Shown piece by piece: positions 16,385 through 25,660 of a DNA stretch of 43,360 nt. The DNA comes from Armatimonadota bacterium. GTDB taxonomy: Bacteria > Sysuimicrobiota > Sysuimicrobiia > Sysuimicrobiales > Kaftiobacteriaceae. A program made the position numbers and the translations under genes. The DNA lies in NCBI GenBank assembly GCA_016193565.1, contig JACPRY010000124.1, forward strand, positions 1 to 43,360, written 5' to 3'. The notes beneath the pieces were generated by a model that did not search any database, was not told the DNA's origin, and saw nothing but the letters and a program-made list of their open reading frames with translations. Each line of letters opens with the position of its first letter. Positions within the stretch are counted from its first letter, which is position 1.

Positions 16385-18595
16385 TTACGGGGACTGATCC
16401 CAGAGCGGGCCCACCGGGGAAACCTCGGCCTCTGGGCGAGAAACCGTCCGGGCGGCCGGTTCACTTATGGCCTGCGGGATCGCTGCGGCCAGCGGCAGTT
16501 CGATCACGAGCTCGGCGCCGGCATCGAAGTGGCGGTTGCAGGTAAACAGAAATACCTGGTGCGTCCGGCTGAGTTCTTTCAGGAGCCTGGCCGCGGCGGC
16601 GCGACGGGTGTCGTCGAAGGTGACGAACGGATCATCCAGGAGCAGCGGCGGGTGCCTGCCGCCTGCCAGAACGTCCACCAGGGCCAGGCGCACGCTCAGG
16701 TAGACGAGATCCACGGTTCCGCGGCTGAGGTGCGGCTCCTTCGGCTCAACCCAGCCGCCCGCCTCATCGGACCACACGACGACCTTCATCGACCCCCGCT
16801 CGACCTGCAACCGCTTGTAGCGGCCCTCCGACAGAATCTGTACGTATTCGCTTGCGCGGGTCTCCACGATCTGGCGGTACTCCACCTCCGCCTGCCGCCG
16901 CGCTTCTGTCAGGCCGTCCAGGGCCGCCTTGTAGACGGCCAGCCTGTTGTGCGCGGCTGCGAGTGCCTCGCCGGCTTCGTGGGCCTGCTCTTCGAGCGAC
17001 GCGAGGGTTTCGGCATCGTACGCCAGCCGCTCGACTTCCCATCCCAGGCGGCGTTCCTGCTCTTCCACCGCGCTGACGTCCTTCGCGAGCCGCTCGGCAT
17101 CGCGCTCATGGGACTGGAACTCCAACGGCGTGAGCCGACGCTGCGTGCTGTCGGGAGCATTCAGACGCTCATCAATGACAAACAGGTCTCTACGCAGCGT
17201 GTTCCGTCGATCCACGATCGTTTCGTCGGCCGATCCTTCCCGCAGCGCGGCGAGAAGGTCCGCGGCGCGCCGCCGGTCGTCGGCCAGCGTTCGATAGGCA
17301 CGCAGCCGCTGCTCCGCCTCCTGCAGCGACCCACACCCGGTCTGCTGCAGGTGCTCGGCGAACTCCACCCGCTCCTGCGCCTCCTCGGCCTCGACAGTCG
17401 CGAGTCGCGTCTGCCGGTCCAGCCGGCGGGCCTCTGCCAGGCGGAGCAGCTCGGTGGCCCGTCGGGCTGAAGCATACGCCACGCCCGCGGCAAGCGCCCC
17501 GCCGATGACAGAGGCGATGCCCGGGACGCGCAGCCCTGCCAGATACGCGGCTGCTCCTGCGATGAGGAGTCCTGCCGCGATGATTGCGAGTACACTGCGC
17601 CTTCCCGATGGGACGGTCTGACGATCTGCCTCGGGAGCGCGCAGCGCGGCCGCGTCCGCTCCTTTCATTGCGATGCGCTCCCTGCGCAGGCGGAGCGCCT
17701 GGACGGTCTCCTCTTCGATGACTCCCGAAGCGGTGGCGGTTTCCAGGGCCTTGTCCAGTTCTGCAATCCTGCTCAAGGTCGTTTCAATCTTGCCGACCTT
17801 CTCATCCAGCATCGCTTCCTCGCGCCGCAGGGCCGCGGCATCACTCTCCAACCGGAGCAGGCCGCGATTGGCCTCCAGCAGGGCGAGTGTGGTCGCCAGC
17901 GTTTCGGCCAGAGCCGCGCGCTCGGTTCGGACGCGCGCCAGGTCCTGCTGTTTCCGTTCAAGTTCGGTCCCGGCGGAACGCAGCCGTTCGGCATCGGCCT
18001 GCAGCGCTTTGACGCGTTCCTCCAGGGACCGAAGGAGCCCCGGCTCCTTCGCCAGCCCCTTGGTCCCCCGTTCCAGGTCCTTGACTGCCTGGTCGAGCCG
18101 GCGGATCGCAGTGATGACGTCCTCCCCCGCTCCGCTGACCTTCTGGCCGAGCTCCTTGGCGATGCTGTTGAGGTGCGTCCGCTCCAACTCCGCCTGCACG
18201 ACCTGGGCCGTAGCGTCGAACAGCGCTTCGGTGGCCAGGCCCAGCGCCGCGCCCATGCGCTCCTGAACTACCTTGTACTGCTCCCATGGCCGGCCCGAGG
18301 AATCTGTGAGGCTGGCTTTGCGCTGGCTGAAGTCCTTGGTGAGAATGAACGGTTTCCCGTCGACTTCAAACTCCAGAACAACGACGGGCAATTCGGTCGC
18401 GCCCCAGGTCTGGTCTTCGACAACCTTTGGAGACGCGGTGGCCGGGTTGCTGTACATAGCGGTCCGGAGAGCCGCGCGCAGAGTCGACTTGCCGGCTTCG
18501 TTGGGTCCCACGATCACGTTCACGCCGCGGGCGAACGTGAAGGCCGCGTGATCGAGGCCTCGGAACCGCCGCAGGTGCAGCGCCTTGAGAATCAT
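16385..18595 (-). CDS. SMC/Rad50-like AAA ATPase (SbcE/YhaN-like) with a central membrane hairpin
   Basis: 736 aa. Walker A GPNEAGKST at the N-terminus, long heptad-rich region, C-terminal signature LSRGT and Walker B PLLLDDPF. Two hydrophobic helices lie mid-protein (about aa 334-376). ATGA overlap with the upstream phosphoesterase gene. Confidence 0.8.
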   Translation of the reverse strand: MILKALHLRRFRGLDHAAFTFARGVNVIVGPNEAGKSTLRAALRTAMYSNPATASPKVVEDQTWGATELPVVVLEFEVDGKPFILTKDFSQRKASLTDSSGRPWEQYKVVQERMGAALGLATEALFDATAQVVQAELERTHLNSIAKELGQKVSGAGEDVITAIRRLDQAVKDLERGTKGLAKEPGLLRSLEERVKALQADAERLRSAGTELERKQQDLARVRTERAALAETLATTLALLEANRGLLRLESDAAALRREEAMLDEKVGKIETTLSRIAELDKALETATASGVIEEETVQALRLRRERIAMKGADAAALRAPEADRQTVPSGRRSVLAIIAAGLLIAGAAAYLAGLRVPGIASVIGGALAAGVAYASARRATELLRLAEARRLDRQTRLATVEAEEAQERVEFAEHLQQTGCGSLQEAEQRLRAYRTLADDRRRAADLLAALREGSADETIVDRRNTLRRDLFVIDERLNAPDSTQRRLTPLEFQSHERDAERLAKDVSAVEEQERRLGWEVERLAYDAETLASLEEQAHEAGEALAAAHNRLAVYKAALDGLTEARRQAEVEYRQIVETRASEYVQILSEGRYKRLQVERGSMKVVVWSDEAGGWVEPKEPHLSRGTVDLVYLSVRLALVDVLAGGRHPPLLLDDPFVTFDDTRRAAAARLLKELSRTHQVFLFTCNRHFDAGAELVIELPLAAAIPQAISEPAARTVSRPEAEVSPVGPLWDQSP

Positions 18596-19710
18596 CCGGG
18601 GACCTCCCCGGTTTGCAGCACGGCGACGCCGACCTGCAGGGCTTCTTCCAGTACCTGCCGGTGTGCGCCGTCGGCGGTGTCGATCTGATCGCGCATTAGC
18701 GTAACGAACCGGCCGAGGACCGTCTCCTTCCCGAACTTCGCCAGCGCCTCGTCGTCCAGCCGGGTGCGGCTGCGGTTCTCGACGCGGAACCGGAAGAACC
18801 GATCTGAGAAATCTCGCCGCAGGCTTTCCGTCGCGAGGATCCGGTCAACAGGCAGCAGCCCGGTGAGCACGACGTCGCACATCAGATCCGGATCGGCGCG
18901 CTCGGCCAGCATCTGACGCAGCACCTGATCGTCGGTCTGCTGCGCGTCGATCTCCAGGCGCTGGTACCGGCGGCGCCCCACACGCACGGGTGTGACCGCC
19001 GCCTGGTTGGGACCGGCGATGTCCACCCGCAGGACGTGCCCTGCGCCCTCGTCGGCCGCCGTGAGCATCTCCGGCGCGCCTGCGTACCATGCCGTCGCGG
19101 GAGCCGCACACACCTCTGCGGCCGAATGCCAGTCTCCGAGGGCGAGGTAATCCAGGTTCACCTCGCGGATCTCCCGGGGGTGAATGAGCCCATCCCCCTC
19201 CACCTGGCCCGGACGGTAGACCGAGCCGTGGGCAACACCGACGGCAAACCGCGTGGTGCGTCCCCGCGGCCACCCAGCCAGAGGACTGTTCGGCGCACCG
19301 GGTGTGGCCGACTGTCCGATGACGAGCAAATCTAGATCCGGAAAAGGATGGGTCTGAACCTCGGGCCCAAACGAAATCAGGCCCGGATGCGCCTGCCGGA
19401 GATCGGTTTCGTACGGGACGCGGCCGTCTTCATTCGCATCGTGGTTTCCGGCGATAATGACCGCGCGGATGCCGGCGTGGGCGAGTGTCCGGAATTCCTG
19501 GAGCGCAACCTCCAGGGCCGTACGGCTCGGCTTGCGCCCCTCGAACAGATCCCCGGCGATGATGACGAGATCGACCCGGTCCCGCACCGCCAGCGCCACG
19601 GCATCCCGCAACGTGGCCTCGACCTGCCGCCGGTGGGCGGCGCCCTTGTCCCCGAGCATCTGAAACGTCCGGCCCAGATGCACATCGGCGAAGTGGAGGA
19701 TCTTGATCAC
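18592..19710 (-). CDS. Mre11/SbcD-like metallophosphoesterase (SbcF/YhaO-like DNA repair exonuclease)
   Basis: ILHFADVHLG, IIAGDLFE, IIAGNHD and GVAHG are calcineurin-like nuclease motifs. The likely GTG start at 19710 lies 1 nt after the helicase stop (19712-19714). The track start at 19779 would overlap the helicase by 68 nt. Confidence 0.8.
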   Translation of the reverse strand: MIKILHFADVHLGRTFQMLGDKGAAHRRQVEATLRDAVALAVRDRVDLVIIAGDLFEGRKPSRTALEVALQEFRTLAHAGIRAVIIAGNHDANEDGRVPYETDLRQAHPGLISFGPEVQTHPFPDLDLLVIGQSATPGAPNSPLAGWPRGRTTRFAVGVAHGSVYRPGQVEGDGLIHPREIREVNLDYLALGDWHSAAEVCAAPATAWYAGAPEMLTAADEGAGHVLRVDIAGPNQAAVTPVRVGRRRYQRLEIDAQQTDDQVLRQMLAERADPDLMCDVVLTGLLPVDRILATESLRRDFSDRFFRFRVENRSRTRLDDEALAKFGKETVLGRFVTLMRDQIDTADGAHRQVLEEALQVGVAVLQTGEVPG

Positions 19711-19711
19711 G

Positions 19712-22700
19712 TTACGCCTGAGTGTCTTCGAGTTCGGGATCGCCGGTCGCCGTATACGGACAGATCGAGGCGAACGCACAGTAGCGGCATGCCTTGTAGT
19801 AATCCGGTGTGGCGATGAACTGCTGGTGGCGGATCCCGCTGCTCGCCTGCTCGATGACGTCGACGGCCTTGGCCAGCGCGTCCTCGTCGGGCCGGGCGAC
19901 GCCGACCAGGACCTGCTGCGGGCCCAGGAAGTGCAGTTCCATCCGGTGCGGTGCGGTCCCGTAGACCTCGCGGTAGGCGAGCGCGTACAGCGCGAGTTGC
20001 AGGCTCTCGCGGGCCCGGCGGTGCGCGTCCTTCTCGGTGCGGACGTCCGAGGTCTTGAAGTCGATCAACACGGTCTCATCGCCGCGAAGATCCACGCGGT
20101 CCCAGCGTCCCTTGACCCGAGTGTTGCCGACCTGGAAGGAGAACGGCGCTTCCACAAAGGTCGGCACTGCGGCGCTGGCCTCCTGAAACTCGTAAAATCG
20201 AGCCAGCACCTCGCGCCCTTCTTCCAGCCGCTGGTCCTCGTGCTCGCGGCTGATGAACCCTTCGTTGATCCATACACGCTGGAAGTGCAGGATTAGGTCG
20301 TCCAGCGTGATAGGCTGGCGGCGCGCCTTACGCCGGTGGTACTCGCGCACCGCTTCGTGCATCGCGAACCCGTAGACGACGCGGTGGTCGCGCACCAGCG
20401 GCACGCGGAGAATGTGCGTGTACTTGTACTTGAGCGGACACGTGGCGTAGTCGTCCACCTGGCGGTACGACAGCGAGATCGGCTGCTCGGCGGGAATGAC
20501 GCCCGCGAGCGTCTGCTGGCCGTCTGTCGGCGGCGCGTGGCGGTGAATCGCCTCCACCGGCGACGCCTTGAACGCGGCGATGTCGATGTGCGGCTTGTCC
20601 AGCGCTTCCAGCACGAAGCGGCTGACCTTGCGCGGCCGCACCCCGCCGTAGTCTCGGGCGCTGGTCAGCGCCAGTTCCCGCTGTGCGCGGGTCATGCCGA
20701 CGTAGAACAACCGCCGCTCTTCCTGCAGATGAAAGTCGCCCGAAGGCAAGATGTCCTTGATCAGTGGATCCGGCAGCGAGATCTGCTCGCCACGGTTGCG
20801 CGTGGGGAACCGGTCCCCCACACAACTGACCAGGAAGACGATGGGGAACTCGAGGCCTTTGGCCTTGTGCACGGTCAGGACATTTACCGCGTCCTGGTCG
20901 AGGTCGGCCTCCGCGACGGCCGGATCATCTCCCGCCGCGATCAGGTCGTCCATGTGATTGACGAACTCCGCCACGCGATCGTAGGCGGCGATCTCGCCGT
21001 ACTTCCCCACCAGATCGAAGAACTTGGCCAGGTTGGCCACGCGCACTTCATCTTCAGGGATGCCGGAGCTCGCCAGCCGCCGGATGTACCCTGTGCGGGT
21101 CACCAGGTATTCATACAGGACGCGGCCGGTGGAGTGCTCGGAGGCGGTCTGACGCATCTCCTCCAGGTCTTCGAGCAGCTTGGTGATCGCCGCCTTGCTC
21201 TCTGCGGTCAGCTCCTCCGAGAGGTCGGGAAAGAGATCCAGGTGGCGGAAGACGTGCTCGAGGGTCCGGTTCTTGCGGTCGGCGTAGTTCAGACACTTCG
21301 CGAGCTCGGTGGCCGCAATCAGGTAGAGCGATGAGACACCAAGGTAATAGAGGCTGAGGCTGTCCGACGGGCGCGCCAGCGCCCGCAGGAACGCCAGCGA
21401 CAGGCGTACCTCCTCTCGGTTGTACAGGCCGCGGCTGCCGGTGAACCGGTGCGGGATGCTCTTCATGTTGAGCGCCCGCAGGAACGGATCGGCGTCGACG
21501 TTGCTGCGCACGAGAATGGCGAAATCCTTGTAGCGGTATTCCGCGGCCTCGACCTTCTGCGCGATCCTCGATGCCACCCAGTCGGCCTCACTGCTGAGCG
21601 TGTCGAGGTGCACATGCTCGACCGCCGGCCCCGGCGGCGCAGTCGCCCGCAGCCGCTTGTCGAGGTTGTGCTTGAACTCCAACCGGTCGGGGTCGTTGTG
21701 CCCGATCAACCGGTACGCGGTGTCGAGGATCGCCTGGTGCGAGCGGTAGTTGACGGTCAGGACGACCTGCGTGGCCTGCGGGTAAACGTCGAGGAAGTTC
21801 AGGATGTTGCTGATCGCGGCGCCGCGGAACTTGTAAATCGATTGATCGTCGTCACCGACGACCGTGATGTTGGGCGACGCGCCGGTCGCGAGCAGCCGGA
21901 CCATCTGAAACTGCGCGTAGTTGGTGTCCTGGAACTCGTCGACCAGGATGTACTTGAATCGCTCCTGATACGCCCGCAGCACCTGAGGCCGCTCGCGGAA
22001 CAGGCGCAGCGTCGAGGTGATGAGATCGCCGAAGTCCACGAGCCCTTCTCGGGTGAGCAACTCCTGATACCTCACGTAGGTCCGTGCGACCTCGATCTGC
22101 TGGCGGGCGCGATCTGCGAGTTCACGGTCGTGCGGACTGGCCTCGGCCTGAGCCACCAGCGCTTCCGCATAGGCCAGGTACTCAGCCGGACCCGTGTCCT
22201 CGTCCTTCGCCCGGCTGATCAGGGCGATGAACGCTTCAACGTAGCGGGTGGGATCGCCCAGCGGCCGGTAGTAATCCAGCGGAAACTCAAAGAGCCGCTC
22301 GCGGAAGAAGATCACCTGCTCCGGGCGGCTCAGGACGCGGAAGTCCGGGGTCAGGCCGAGGTCCAGGGCGTGGTCGCGCAGCACCCGGTCCCCGAAGGCG
22401 TGGAACGTGCTGATCCACACATCCGTGTAGCCGTAGGGGACGAGAAGATCGACGCGCTCCTCCATCTCGGTGGCGGCCTTCTCGGTGAAGGTGAGCGCGA
22501 GGATTTCTGCGGGCCGCGCGCGCTTTGTCGCAATCAGCCAGGCGATCCGCCGCGTGATCACGGCGGTCTTCCCAGTCCCGGCCCCCGCCACGATCAGCAG
22601 GGGTCCATGCTCATGCGTGACCGCCTCGCGCTGCGGCGAATTCAGTCCGGCCAGGACGCGTTCGGCCGGCGTCTCGTCCATGCGGGAGCGCTCGCGCGCC

Positions 22701-22762
22701 TCCAGCTCGAGGGTGAGCTGGCCGGCGGATCCATCGATGGATGGGTGACGCCGCTCTACCAT
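19712..22762 (-). CDS. UvrD/PcrA-type superfamily 1 helicase fused to a C-terminal PD-(D/E)XK (Cas4/AddB-like, Fe-S) nuclease
   Basis: Helicase motifs AGAGTGKT, LTFTEKAA, VDEFQDTN, VVGDDDQSIY, VNYRS, TVHKAKGLEF and YVGMTRA. Nuclease part has CPLKYKY, DRVD...IDFKTS, QLALYA and CRYCAFASIC (four Cys). ATG 22762 abuts the recX stop (TAGATG); an alternative start is ATG 22681. Confidence 0.85.
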   Translation of the reverse strand: MVERRHPSIDGSAGQLTLELEARERSRMDETPAERVLAGLNSPQREAVTHEHGPLLIVAGAGTGKTAVITRRIAWLIATKRARPAEILALTFTEKAATEMEERVDLLVPYGYTDVWISTFHAFGDRVLRDHALDLGLTPDFRVLSRPEQVIFFRERLFEFPLDYYRPLGDPTRYVEAFIALISRAKDEDTGPAEYLAYAEALVAQAEASPHDRELADRARQQIEVARTYVRYQELLTREGLVDFGDLITSTLRLFRERPQVLRAYQERFKYILVDEFQDTNYAQFQMVRLLATGASPNITVVGDDDQSIYKFRGAAISNILNFLDVYPQATQVVLTVNYRSHQAILDTAYRLIGHNDPDRLEFKHNLDKRLRATAPPGPAVEHVHLDTLSSEADWVASRIAQKVEAAEYRYKDFAILVRSNVDADPFLRALNMKSIPHRFTGSRGLYNREEVRLSLAFLRALARPSDSLSLYYLGVSSLYLIAATELAKCLNYADRKNRTLEHVFRHLDLFPDLSEELTAESKAAITKLLEDLEEMRQTASEHSTGRVLYEYLVTRTGYIRRLASSGIPEDEVRVANLAKFFDLVGKYGEIAAYDRVAEFVNHMDDLIAAGDDPAVAEADLDQDAVNVLTVHKAKGLEFPIVFLVSCVGDRFPTRNRGEQISLPDPLIKDILPSGDFHLQEERRLFYVGMTRAQRELALTSARDYGGVRPRKVSRFVLEALDKPHIDIAAFKASPVEAIHRHAPPTDGQQTLAGVIPAEQPISLSYRQVDDYATCPLKYKYTHILRVPLVRDHRVVYGFAMHEAVREYHRRKARRQPITLDDLILHFQRVWINEGFISREHEDQRLEEGREVLARFYEFQEASAAVPTFVEAPFSFQVGNTRVKGRWDRVDLRGDETVLIDFKTSDVRTEKDAHRRARESLQLALYALAYREVYGTAPHRMELHFLGPQQVLVGVARPDEDALAKAVDVIEQASSGIRHQQFIATPDYYKACRYCAFASICPYTATGDPELEDTQA

Positions 22763-23299
22763 CTACGTTTCGGATTCCACACCCTGAAGATTGCCCTCTC
22801 GGCCGACGACGCTCCGGAGCACCTGCGCGATCACCCCCGCGGGAAATCCGCGCCGCTGCAGCAGCGCGCCGAGCCGGCGGTAGGCGGCTTCGTGGGAGAG
22901 CCCGCGGTAGCGGGGCGCCCGGTTGCGGGCGACGGAAAGGGCCAGCGCCAACTCGCTCTCTCCCCGCTCTGACAACGCCGAACTGACCGCCTGGTCGATG
23001 ATCTCGCGACTGACACCTTTGCTCCGCAACTCCTGACGGAGTCGCACCGCCCCGGACGGCTGCAGGGTCAGTCGCCCGCGCACCCAGGCTCCAGCGAATC
23101 GCGCGTCATCAATGACGCCGCGCCGCACCAGGTCCGCCAGCAGCTCCTCGATGGTCTCCGAAGGGATGCCGCGACGTCGCAGCCGGTCCGCGAGTTCACT
23201 GCGGCTGCGGAGGCGAACCGCCAAGAGGCGAAAGGCGATCTCGGTCCCGCGCGCCTCGGCGTCGCATCGTTCCAGCCTCGCGCGCAGATCGTCCGTCAC
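22763..23299 (-). CDS. recX: Recombination regulator RecX (5' boundary uncertain)
   Basis: 178 aa from GTG 23299, with three-repeat helical RecX pattern (IAFRLLAVRLRSRSEL, RRGIPSETIEELL, RRGFPAGVIAQVL). The same frame stays open upstream to the recA stop and encodes a RecX-like N-terminal segment with no ATG/GTG/TTG. Confidence 0.85.
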   Translation of the reverse strand: MTDDLRARLERCDAEARGTEIAFRLLAVRLRSRSELADRLRRRGIPSETIEELLADLVRRGVIDDARFAGAWVRGRLTLQPSGAVRLRQELRSKGVSREIIDQAVSSALSERGESELALALSVARNRAPRYRGLSHEAAYRRLGALLQRRGFPAGVIAQVLRSVVGREGNLQGVESET

Positions 23300-23429
23300 G
23301 ACGGCGTGGGAGGCGACGTCGAGCGTACGAAGATCCGCAGGACGAATCCGAAAGACGGTGCCGTCGTCGAGGATGACGCGCGCGTGGCCGAGCCTGCCCT
23401 GTGGAGGCGTGATCCTCGCGAGGACGGCC

Positions 23430-25574
23430 TCAGACTTTGCCCTTGGCGACAGGTTCCTTCGCGTCGGTCGCAGCTTCCCGCACCTCCGCCGCCACCGCCG
23501 GAGGCTTGATGAGCCCCAGCGTCATCCGCACACGCCGATCGATCTCCCGCGCGAGCTCCGGATTGGCCTCGAGGAAGTCGCGGGCGTTGTCGCGCCCCTG
23601 CCCCAGGCGCATCTCGCCCAGCGCGAACCACGTGCCGGTACGCTGCACGATCCCGTGCGCGACCCCCGCATCGAGAATGCTTGCGGTTCGTGAGATCCCC
23701 TGCCCGTACAGGATGTCGACTTCGGACTCGCGGAACGGCGGAGCCATTTTGTTCTTCACGATCTTGACCCGGGCGCGCATCCCTTTGATCTCGTCGCCGG
23801 ATTTGAGGCTCTCCGTGCGCCGGATCTCCATGCGCTGGGATGAATAGAACTTCAGCGCCCGGCCGCCGGTCGTCGTTTCCGGTGAGTTATGAACTACGAC
23901 ACCGTCGACTAGATATGTGTGATTGCCTTCGACTTCCAGATCAAATCGCCGCATGGAACGCGTGGGCGGCTTTACATAGATCTTCGTGATCCGTGCAGGC
24001 ACCGCCCGAAGGTGGCGTCGCGCCGCCAGCCGCGTGCCGTTCAGATGGGCGTCACTAAGGTCGGGTTGCCAGTTGCACCGGTCTCGCAGGGTCGGGTGAA
24101 GTTTGTAATTGACAGACGGGTGGAGGTAAGGTGCGATCAGTTCGTGGAGGCGAGCGGTTTGCTCCGCTGTGAACCAAAAACCCCGTCCGTCGTCTCTCGG
24201 CCCGCCGACACCAAGCCGGTCGAACAGCGCAATGACGCGCTCTCGGGCTTCTTCTCGGAGGGACTTGTTATAGAGAACTGCCTTCCCGCGTCCCCACCGG
24301 TTGAAGTGGCCGCCATAGGACCCATCGTCGCCGTACCAGACGCCCACTCCTCGGGCATCGAGCTGATCTAGCACTTTCGCGGCCACCGTGCGATTCCCGT
24401 CCGCCTCATAGAGGTCCCGGCGGAACTCGGCTAGCGTAGGGAACGAGATAGTGTCAAACCCGACGCCGTTTCCGACGCGGCCAAGTTTCTGCGAGAATGG
24501 CTCGAGCATCCAATGCTTCCAGCGAACGTAGGCTTCCTGATCTTCACCGTGACCCACGCGAAACATCGCCGAATGCGTACCCACCTTGCGGAGTGAGCCA
24601 TCTCCCAACGCGCTACCCACTAGCAACTGAAGCTGATCGGCGGTCAATTGATAATCTTCGACAAGAGCCAGAACCTCGTCGCCGAGGCGCAGCTGACCAG
24701 CCGGTACCTCCCCACGGGGAGTGAAGATCAGGTGGTTTGGTGTTGCGGCGAAGCGTCGGCGTCCAGGCGCTCCCCCCTCGACCTCAAACTGAAGGAAGTG
24801 GTCAGCATTTCCGTTGTCAAACCAATTTATGATCCGCCGCGTCTGGATGGCTCCCGTAGCAGGGTCATAACTCAGCACCTCGACCGGCAGCCGCTGATTA
24901 ACGATCTTGCCGATCTTCATGGTACTGCCGTCAGCCAAGACGACTCGCGCATTGTAATGAAAGCAGCCAAACATAACACCGATCTTCTCACGCAACTGGT
25001 TGATGAAGACGACGATGGCTCGCGACCGGCTAATGGCGCCGACGAGTTTGCGCAGCGCCTGGGACATCAACCGTGCCTGCAGCCCAGGTAGTGAGTCCCC
25101 CATCTCACCTTCCAGTTCAGCTCGCGGCACAAGCGCAGCCACGGAGTCGACGACGATGACGTCCACCGCGCCGCTGCGCACCAGCATCTCCGCGATCTCC
25201 AGCGCCTGCTCACCCGAATCCGGCTGCGAGATCAGCAGGCCGTCCACATCCACGCCGCAGGCCTTCGCGTAATTCGGATCAAGCGCGTGCTCGGCATCGA
25301 TGAATGCCGCGATGCCGCCCTCGCGCTGCGCTTCCGCCATGATGTGATAGCCGAGGGTGGTCTTGCCGGACGACTCAGGACCGAAGATCTCGATCACGCG
25401 GCCGCGCGGGACGCCACCGATGCCGAGCGCGATGTCGACCCCCAGCGCGCCGGTGGAGATCACCTCGGCCTGGAGCCGGCTGGATGCCTCGCCGAGCTTC
25501 ATGATGGAGCCCTTGCCGAACTGCTTCTCGATCTGCGTGAGTGCGAGGTCGAGCGCGCGCTGCTTTTCGTTCAT
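23430..25574 (-). CDS. recA: Recombinase RecA precursor containing an intein
   Basis: 714 aa. The exteins total 354 aa with all RecA motifs ([41 protein letters not shown] | [14 protein letters not shown]). A 360-aa insert lies between G203 and S564. Confidence 0.95.
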   Translation of the reverse strand: MNEKQRALDLALTQIEKQFGKGSIMKLGEASSRLQAEVISTGALGVDIALGIGGVPRGRVIEIFGPESSGKTTLGYHIMAEAQREGGIAAFIDAEHALDPNYAKACGVDVDGLLISQPDSGEQALEIAEMLVRSGAVDVIVVDSVAALVPRAELEGEMGDSLPGLQARLMSQALRKLVGAISRSRAIVVFINQLREKIGVMFGCFHYNARVVLADGSTMKIGKIVNQRLPVEVLSYDPATGAIQTRRIINWFDNGNADHFLQFEVEGGAPGRRRFAATPNHLIFTPRGEVPAGQLRLGDEVLALVEDYQLTADQLQLLVGSALGDGSLRKVGTHSAMFRVGHGEDQEAYVRWKHWMLEPFSQKLGRVGNGVGFDTISFPTLAEFRRDLYEADGNRTVAAKVLDQLDARGVGVWYGDDGSYGGHFNRWGRGKAVLYNKSLREEARERVIALFDRLGVGGPRDDGRGFWFTAEQTARLHELIAPYLHPSVNYKLHPTLRDRCNWQPDLSDAHLNGTRLAARRHLRAVPARITKIYVKPPTRSMRRFDLEVEGNHTYLVDGVVVHNSPETTTGGRALKFYSSQRMEIRRTESLKSGDEIKGMRARVKIVKNKMAPPFRESEVDILYGQGISRTASILDAGVAHGIVQRTGTWFALGEMRLGQGRDNARDFLEANPELAREIDRRVRMTLGLIKPPAVAAEVREAATDAKEPVAKGKV
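23886..24965 (-). mobile_element. RecA intein with LAGLIDADG homing-endonuclease domain
   Basis: Starts with Cys ([14 protein letters not shown]), ends ...[10 protein letters not shown], and the +1 residue is Ser. Two dodecapeptide motifs are present ([12 protein letters not shown] and [11 protein letters not shown]). It is in frame, and removing it restores a contiguous RecA. Confidence 0.9.
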
Positions 25575-25604
25575 TGCGAGTTCCCCCCCGTCAGATTCGC
25601 GCGC

Positions 25605-25633
25605 AGTCTACCAAACATTTGTTCGCTTGTCAA
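25605..25633 (-). promoter_or_regulatory. recA promoter with LexA (Cheo-type) box in the spacer
   Basis: Minus strand reads TTGACA (25633-25628), 17 nt, TAGACT (25610-25605). The spacer contains CGAACAAATGTTTG (25625-25612), one mismatch from the Gram-positive SOS box CGAAC-N4-GTTCG. A G-rich SD lies 8 nt before the ATG. Confidence 0.6.
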
Positions 25634-25660
25634 TGACTCGTCTGGGCTACCAGAGTGATA

